NCBI RefSeq assembly: GCF_009914755.1
Contig: NC_060926.1
Length of the DNA stretch: 64,000 nucleotides
Strand: one strand, 5' to 3'
From: the human T2T-CHM13v2.0 reference genome, Homo sapiens
This document shows, in pieces, positions 54,636-64,000 of the stretch. The translations under genes were made by a program, and so were the position numbers. The notes under the pieces are model-generated. The model saw only the letters and a program-made list of their open reading frames with translations, ran no database searches and had not been told where the DNA came from. Numbering within the stretch: position 1 is the stretch's first letter; each line of letters begins with the position of its first letter.

Positions 54636-56655
54636 GTCTGGACTATAGCAAGAACTCAAGGAATGTTTGGGGTATAAGGGAAAGAAGAGAGTGTGAGGAA
54701 AGAAGGACGAGAGGAGGCATGGGAAGGGAAAGGAGAAAAACTAATGTAAGAATTAAAAGTAATAAAGAAAGGAAATAAAGACAGTTAAGGAATTCATTTA
54801 AGGAGTTAAAAGGGAGCAGAGGTCAGTCATTCAGGTTTTCATAAGCCATTGGATGTAAGAATGGCTATTTATGTTCCCAGATTCAGAGGATCCCTTGTGA
54901 GTATTAACACCAAATTGGTGGCTGTCCAAGAAGACATACCAGGAAATCAGTCAGGTGCCCAGCAGAAGTAGCTCAGAGCCAAGATCCCAGGACAGAGACA
55001 GTGTGAAGGGTTAAATTTCCCAAGCTGTAAACAGTGGTCTGTATTTCAGCGTTGTAACCATTCTTTTCACCCTTTACTCCTTCTATGCTCAGCCCATTAT
55101 ACCCCACTCCCATGGAGCAGAAGAGTCTCTGCTAGTTATCCCATTTACTGGACTTTCCAGGCTCATCACTTTACCTTTTGCACATTCCTATTTGGACACC
55201 TTCTCAGCAACCTCTCAATCAACTTGTGTCATGGAAAGTTTCAAGTCCTACTGCAGGTCTTCTGGATTCTTGGATAACCCGTCCACACTTGGCTACTCTT
55301 TCCTCTCTGGGTTCTCTCAGGACTTCACCTGCAGCACTTGGAATACTGGCTCAGCACTTGCCCTGCACTTAGGATGTTGCATTGAACACAATGACAGTTA
55401 AACACTGAGCCGGCTTTGAAGGAAGTTGTACAGCCAGTGCCTACCTCTATATGTCCAAAATCTCACCAGGGCTATCCCAACTAGAGTCATCTTTTTATCT
55501 CCTCAGCCTTTGTAATTATGTCCCCTCTTCTGTTCCTCATTTATCTTATTTTCTCTTTTGTTAATTAATTCTTCCAGAGATTTATTGTTAGTGCTTCCAA
55601 ATGATCAACTTTTGGCTTTGTTGATTTTCTCTATTGCATATTTATTTTCCAGTCTACTCATTTGTACTTTTATTCTTTCTTCGTTATTTTTCCTTCAATT
55701 TTGTTTGACTTTATACTGCTCTGCTCTCCTAACTCCTAAAATTGAACATTGAATTAATTAATTTTGAGCTTTTCTTATTTTCTGATATGAGTACGTAAGT
55801 CTACAGCTTTCTGTCTAGGTCTTGTATTAACTATACCCCCGTATGTTTATGGGGGTATAGTTTATGTTTTGATACATAAACAACTATCCTGCAATTCTAA
55901 ATATCTTGTGATTTCTCCTTTGACACGACTTACCTGAATGTATTTGTCTTAATTTTCAAACATATAGGTTTTTTCTAGTTAGTCTATGTTATTGTTGTAT
56001 AATGTAATTGCATTGTGGTAAAGGGTGTGGTCTGGGTAGCTATGACCCTTTGAGATTGGCTGAGACCTGCTATAGGGCTCAGTACAAAGTAGATGACCAT
56101 ACATGTTTCATGGGTTCTTGAAAGAATGTGTGTTCTGCTGTTGTTGGCTGTAATGTTCTACGTATGTCCATTAAATCACATTTGTCAATTCTGTTGTTTA
56201 AATCTTTGTAGCCTTATTAATATTTTCTCTCCCTGTTCTATGTGTTACTAAAAGAAGTATGGTAAAACCCAAACACTATGGTAGGTTTATCTATTTGTCC
56301 TGCCTATTTTGTTGTATAAATTTAAAAGATATATTACCTCTTAGAGTTGTAATGTTTTCCTAGCGATCTGGATTTTTACCATTGTGTGATGACTCTCTTT
56401 AATAATGCTTTCATCCAAAATTAACATAGAAATCTCAGATTTGTTTTGATTAGAATTTGCATGGGGTATCCTTTTCTATCCTTTGTCTTTCAATATTTCT
56501 GCGTGCTTATGTTTTCATTTATAAAGAGAATTTAGCTTAGTTTTTTAATCCAGTCTGGAACCATTGTTTTTTAATGAAAGAGTTCAGGTTACTTGCATTT
56601 ATAATATTTACTCTTATATTTAGGTTAATTTCAACAATATTATATTCTATTTTCT

Positions 56656-56956
<301 letters not shown>

Positions 56957-57123
56957 TATATTCTATTTTCTATTCCCCTGTTATTGTCTGTATCTCTTTT
57001 TAAATTTTCTTTAGTTCCTTTTTTTTAGATTAAGTCTTTTATTTCTCATTCTGTTTTCCTTATTGTTTCGAAGGTTTATGCTATATGTTCTACATTTTCT
57101 CTGTCTGTTCTTATCCTAGCCAC

Positions 57124-57260
57124 TTTTTTTTTTTTTTTTTTTTAGATATGGGGGTCTCAGTATGTTGCCCAGGCTGGTCTCAAACTCCTGCCCTCAAGCA
57201 ATCCTCCCACCTTGGCCTCCCTAGTAGCTGGGACTACAGGCTCAAACCATTGTGCCCAGC
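57124..57260 (-). mobile_element. FLAM free Alu monomer
   Basis: Poly-T plus a single arm. Imperfect TSD CCTAG[C/T]CA[C/T]TTT. Confidence 0.85.
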
Positions 57261-59370
57261 ACCCTAGTCATTTTAACATGGAGATGTAAATTATCAAAGT
57301 CCAAAGTTGGTTAATATTGTTACCTTCATCCCAAGAATTACAAAAACCTAGAATATTTTAACTTGGATCCTTTATCTAATTCTTAATTGTTTTAGTTATA
57401 TTCTATTTCACAAAAAGAAAAACAAACCAGACTTTTTTTTTAATACAGGCAGTGTTTGCTTAGTTTTGTCCACCTATTTACAGGTTTCTTTGCTTATGGT
57501 TTATTCCCGCACCCCAAACTTCCATCTAGGATCATTTTCCTTTTACATGAAGTTTATTCTTTAGAATAACCTTTAATGAGGATGTTTGTTGTTTATTTAT
57601 TTGTTTTAAAATGTTCTTATTTAGACTTTATTCCTAAATAAAGATTATCACTAAATAAAGGTTTTCTTTACATAATATCCAAATTGAGTTGTTTTCTTTC
57701 AGTACATACACTATATTATTCCACTATATTCTATTGCTCCCAAAATGTCTAAACACCATCTTTTGCAGGCAATGTGTCATTTTTCGTTGGCTGCTTTTAA
57801 CACTCTTTGTCTTTGATGTTTTGCATTTTTTAAAACCTAGGTGTGGATTTATTTTTACCTTACTTGATATGTATTGGGCTGCTTGGTTCTAAGGATAAGT
57901 AATTCCAAAAACTCTCAATAATTGTGTACTTTATATATTGACTATTTTCCATTCTTCATGTAATTACTGTCTGAATCTCTGATCTGATCTATGTTAAATC
58001 TTCTAACTCCATCCTCCATATCGCTTAACCTCTCTTATATACTCAGGTCTTTGTCTCTCTGGTCTGCATTCTCAGTTTGTTGTTATTGCTATTGTTGTAG
58101 ATATCTCTTCTAGTTCACTAAATCTCTGTTTAGTTCTGTCTACCTTGCCCTTTAACCTATCCACTGAGTTATTTCAATTATTCTATTTTTCTCTTCTAAA
58201 AATTCAATTTGACCTTTTCATTTGAAGCGCTTTGGTCAATCTTTATGGTTTCTTGTTTCATTCTCATATTTTGAAGCTTTTCTTTTATGTCTAAAAATAT
58301 ATTCAGCATAGTTATTTTAAATTATGTGTCTGATAATTTCAATAACTGAAGATTTTACAAGTCTGATTCTGCCTTCACTGTTTCCACCAGCCGCTATTTA
58401 TGTTGCCTTGCTTCCTTGTGTATTTTATTATTTTTGACTGATCTTAGTATTTTTAAACTTCATCTTTGGGAATTTTTAGGCATGGGTTACAGTTGTTTGT
58501 CTTCAGAGAAAGGAGGAAAGAAACCCAGCTTCTAAATAACCCAGAACCATTTTCAATTCAATTCCCTAATTGAACATTTTTTGGATTATATAGGTAGCAT
58601 GAATTCTGAAATCAAACTCACATGAGGGCTAAGTGTTAGTTATTTCTCATTTTCCTTCTTCACACAGCAATGAAGGCAAATTTTTGTCCTTGCTATACTC
58701 TTCTGCATTCTTTCTTATTCACCTTTATACTCCTAATGCGACCCCTTGGGGTTCTACATTTATATGGGGGACCCCATCAGACTCCCTACTTTGTGGAGGA
58801 CGTGTCTTATTCCATCTTCTCATGCCCCCTCTCATCACTGCAGTAGAATCAACGTCATTAGGACTCACCAGAGACCCCAGTGCACAAACAAACATTGATG
58901 CTAATTTACCTGTCATATTTCCTACTCTCCTTTCTATTTGGCCTCTAAATATTTCTTCGTTTCATGCCATCTTTGTGAAACACAACATTTTTTGTTGTTC
59001 CAATCAGAAGTATTGGTCAAGGTATTTAGTCTGCCACTCCACCAAAAACTTAACAACTACTGTCCAATTGACACATAAGCTCTGGAGTAGAGCATTAATA
59101 CATTCAACACAGTGAAGACTCTGAAATGGTGAAGAAGTGAAGACTAGCATCTATATACTGACACATCTGAGCTACAAACGGTTCCATTCCAGTTTAACTC
59201 TGGAAATAGGGTCGGATCTCTCGTTGTGGATTTGCGCAATTTATCCTAAATCCAGTTTCTATTTCTCACCACATAGTTCCCTGAATCTGGCTTCTTTCTC
59301 CTCTCTTTAACTTGGGACTGTGAAACTGGAATTATAGCTTCATTCTGAAGGCGAGTTTCAATGTTTATCC

Positions 59371-59426
59371 GTTAATGGAAAACTCCTTCTCTTTCATTTA
59401 TAAGTTAATGGAAAACTTCTTCTCTT
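59371..59426. repeat. 23-bp direct repeat, 33-bp period
   Basis: GTTAATGGAAAACT[C/T]CTTCTCTT at 59371 and 59404. Confidence 0.9.
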
Positions 59427-59603
59427 GTTCTTTTGTTTCATATCTTCACTCCTTGCTGAGGATTTGTTCTCCACACATGTATTAGTCACCTGCTGTGTGT
59501 CAGGCATTATTCTTGCCCCTTAACAGAATCACAGATCCTCACAGGAATTCCTGAGAGCCTCCAAGAAATGAGAGCCCATCTCTATGACAGCATGACAATT
59601 TCA

Positions 59604-60085
<482 letters not shown>

Positions 60086-61562
60086 CTCTATCACACTGTT
60101 ATATTATCTTTGCTTTATCTAACAATAAAGTCTGAGTTTCATTGATCCAGATTCCTGATTTCATAAGAGACCACTAGGTTTTCAAAAGCCACCCGAAGAA
60201 GTACTAGCGTCAGCTCGCATGCTTTCATGATACAGAAGAACTAACTGTGAAGAGATCGTAGATGCCACTAGGTACAGAGCATAACATTTTAAATGTAATA
60301 TATTATGTTTTCTGTTTTTTAGAAACTATTTGTAACAGCATTGCTGGCAAGTTCTCCCTGTTTCCCCATCTTGCCATTTGGGCATACATAGCTAAGTTCC
60401 ATCAGTGAACGCAAGTTCCAACCAATCTGCTCACCTTGTGGCTGCAGAGGGAAAACAGAGTAAAGAACTACATAATCAACCAGCATAGGAGTCATCCCAT
60501 AGCATCTTGGAGGGAGGAGATAGGGTAAGAAATAAAGTTTATGCCTGGAATGATCTTAAGGCCACACCAATAGAGAGAGGAGAAGTGAATTGAACTCAGA
60601 GGTTCAATTGGGAAGATAATTTCCCAGATATGGTTGGAAATAGCCCCCCACAACAATCTGTTTAATTAAGTCCAAGACCAAAATCTCACTGGAAGGGAAG
60701 TAAAATGATGTGGTAAGAAGGAAAGGTTAGCCAAGGAGAAAAAATCTTGTCAATCCAAAATTTACTTGCAAATCTTCTCCCCAAGAACTGTTAGGAGGAA
60801 AATCTACACACACTTGAGAGAAAGAATACACTCAATATGCACATGTCCTAATAATTTAATCTGCTTTTTTTTCTATTTGTCATATGTGCCACATTTTTGT
60901 AACACATAGATGTGTGCTTGACATGATGAAAGCACAGAGTACCTTCCCCAAATCATCTCAGGAAGAATTTGTGCCAAAAGACAAAGTGGCAAAGACATTC
61001 CTGGATGGCTGCTTATGCTGGAATTTGTTTTCACAACTAAAATAAGAACAGAGTTAATTTGGCTTTTGAGCTGATATGTAACTAAAATGATTAAAACAAA
61101 ATTAGGAGTCAACATTATATTACAGAATCTTAGGAAATCAAGTCACTGGGCATGTTTATGGGCAAGAAACAAAAAACTCTTTCTGGACACATTTGGGGAG
61201 AAGGAGGCTCTCAGCTTGCAGTGCAACTTGGAAGCTAGATGGGTTCTCCTTGACATTTCCAAAAGGAAATTGAGTATGGCGTTTCTGCTTCGTTGCCACA
61301 CTCAAACAGCATCAACACATTTGTGGCAGAATAGGAAGCATCACCATTTTCCATCTCTGACACAGAACAGGACACAGAACACATTTCTTTTGCCTACTTT
61401 AGTCCCCAAACTTGTATTTCCTAGAAAAAATGAAAAATAAAAGGTTACCCAGGTTCAGTAATGAAAAAAATCGAGTGACATAAGTAATTTCTGACTCCTA
61501 TCATTTTAAAGAAAAAATAAGATAAAGAAAGAAAAGGAAAAGAAGAGTCCCCTCATGCTTCT

Positions 61563-62104
61563 TATGGTAGACAGAATAATGGGCCCCCCAAGATGCCCAC
61601 ATCTTAATCCCCAGGATATGTGAACATGTTATGTTGACACATGACGTATGAAATATGACAAAGGGGAATTCAGTTTGAGGATGAAATTACAGTTGTTAAT
61701 CAGCTGACTTTAAAATACGGCCATTAATCTGGGTTAACTGGGTGGGTCCAATGTAACCACAAGGATCTTTGAAAGTGGAAAAGTAAGATGTGAATAGAGA
61801 AGCAAGAACCAGATAGATGGTAGCATGAGAAGGACTGGAGCCCAGTGTTGCCGGCTTTGAAAATGGAGGAAGGGATCATGAGCCAGGGAAATTGGACAAT
61901 CTCTAGAAGGTGGAAAAGGCAAGGAAACAAGTTCTCCATAAGAGCTTCCAAAAAGGAATGCACCCAGCTGACAAGTTCATCTTAGCCCATGAGATTTTTC
62001 ATGGACTTCTGGTCTACAGCATCATAAGATAAAAAAAAAATTGTGCTGTATGAAGCTACTGCATTTGTAATAATTTGTGATAATGACAATAAAAAACTAA
62101 TATA
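61563..62104 (+). mobile_element. MLT1D-like MaLR solo LTR
   Basis: GGTAGACAGAATAATGGGCCCCCCAAGATG...GTTAATCAGCTGAC...GGCTTTGAAAATGGAGGAAGGG...AAACTAATATA. Confidence 0.85.
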
Positions 62105-64000
62105 TCCCCTCTCAAACACAGACTTTCCCTACTCCCCAAAAGTGATGACTCTAACTTCTAACACAATAGATTAATTTCACTTGTTTTGAACATTTGTTAA
62201 ATGAAATAACAGTCTGTATTATTTTGTGTCTGAATTTATTCTGTTTTTTGTAACTGTGTAGTATCTGTATATATATATTTTTTTTACTTATTCTACTATT
62301 GATGGACAAATCTGTGACTTTTATAAATAATAATGCCGTGAGCATACTTGGTACGTATCTTTTGGTCTAATGTGTTCACATTTCTATCGATACATACCTG
62401 GGAGTGCAATGGAGAGATAGTAGGGTAAGCACAACTGGAGTGTGTCATGCCTAAGATTTTTTTCCAAAATACTCTTATAAGCAGGGTATGAATAAGCAAA
62501 TCAACTCTATAGTTGGCAAGGTTAGCATTTTGTTTTGTTTGTGGTGGTTGTTACAGATTTTCCATTCTGGTAGGCGTGTAGTAGTCGCTGATTGTGTTTT
62601 AAACTTGCACTTCTCCAGTTACTAACGGTGGTCACGTTGTCTTATGTTCATGGGCATTTGCATTTTCTTTTTTTGTGAAGGGCCTAACTCATTTGCCCAT
62701 TTTTCTATTGGGATGTCTGTGCTTTTCACATTGATATATAGGAGCTCTTAATATAGTCTGATTATCAACCTTTTGTTGGTTACATGTGTCAAAAATATCT
62801 TCTAATCCAGCTTACATTTTTATTCTCTTTACACTATGTTTGGATAAGCACAAGTTCTTAATTTAATGTAACCCAATCTATCTGTCTTTTCCTAAATAGT
62901 TAGTGTTTTTTGTATCTTGTTCCAGAAATCTTTCCCCACCCAAAGTCATGAAGATATTCTATATGATCTCCTAGATGTTATTGTTTTGACTTTCATATTT
63001 AGATCCACAGTCCACATAAACTTGATTTTCAAGTACGTGTGAGGCAGAATCCCAATTTCATTATAAGGATATGCAATTGACACTGGACAGTCATTGAGAA
63101 AAGGCCTCACTTCCCCCACTGCACCAAAGTGCTACTTTTAACAGAAATCAAATATCCATATAGGCATAGTTCTATTTCTTGACTCTTTTAGTCTAGGCAT
63201 ACACCAATACACACTACTTTAGTAACTGTAGCTTTACAATATGGCTTGTTGTTTGATAGAGTATGTCTTTCTACCTGCTTCTGCTTCAAGATTATCTTAG
63301 ATATTCTTGGCCCCTTGTGTTTTGATATAAATATTGGAATCAACTTTCCCATACCCATAAGACAATGTCCTCAAATCTTTGTTAAGATTGTATTGACTCT
63401 ATAGATGAATTTGTAAAGAACTAACATAAACTTTTATTTATTGAGATCATCTTTAATTTTTGTTAATATTTTGCAATGTTATGTGTAGTAGACAAGTAAA
63501 CATATTCTTAGCTTTATTAAAAGGAGCTTAATATTTAATGATATTTTTAATTTTATAACTTTTTTCAGGCACTTAAAAATATCTGTTAGTGCATTAGTGT
63601 TGAATAGTCTTGCTAAATTCATTTTTTAACTCTAATAAATTATATATAAATATTTTAGAATTTTCTATGAACATAATTATGTTGCCTATAAATAATAAAT
63701 AATGAGAATATTATTTCTCCTTATGAACTTTGCACCTTCTATTTCTGTATATTGCTTTTTGTGCTGGAAGGACTCCAGTACAATGTAGAATAGGAGGGAT
63801 GAGAGCCAGCTTCCGTGTCTCATTCCCAATTTCAGAAGGAAAACATTGATCATTACACTTTTAAAATGATAAATACTTAGTATTTTTCATAGACATTCTA
63901 TATCATATTAAGAAAGTACATTCTGTTGATTTTATGCTAAGAGTTTAATATGAATTGGTGTTGAATTTTCTGTACCTATGAAGAAAATCATATGATTTCT
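62105..64000 (-). mobile_element. Old L1 (L1M) ORF2 3' part and 3'UTR, antisense, runs off the window
   Basis: TTGATGGACA...TATAAATAATAATGC, TTTGCCCATTTTTCTATTGG, CCAGTACAATGTAGAATAGGAG. Confidence 0.85.

Noticed and set aside
55002-55430. Possible LTR or processed pseudogene starting TGTGAAGGGTTAA
   Set aside because: Could not match it to any family or protein; left unassigned.
58633-59115. 160-aa ORF
   Set aside because: Lies antisense within degraded L1M sequence, has a GTG start and no domain.

Overview
Non-coding primate DNA, almost certainly human, since it contains two AluYa5-lineage insertions. It is intronic or intergenic: I found no credible protein-coding exon, CpG island, tRNA/rRNA or CRISPR array, and the listed ORFs are repeat-derived or chance. 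Much of the window is interspersed repeats (Alu/FLAM, L1PA/L1M, L2, MIR, MaLR LTRs, hAT and Tigger MITEs), several nested with readable target-site duplications (TSDs). Between them lie repeat-free blocks rich in homeodomain/SOX/FOX/MEIS motifs that look like conserved enhancers. The most notable observations are: a probable LF-SINE relic (~41.0-41.2 kb); a well-preserved amniote-type MIR tail (14.1 kb); a HOX/PBX/MEIS-motif block (48.7-49.2 kb); several templated-insertion, snap-back-like scars; a 36-bp dispersed doublet 3.36 kb apart; a convergent pair of near-identical AluYa5 elements; a full-length palindromic MER53; and a pure (TA)30 tract. Repeat families were assigned from recalled consensus sequences, so subfamilies and the edges of old repeats are approximate. 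I could not identify the locus, and I found no convincing new multi-gene system.
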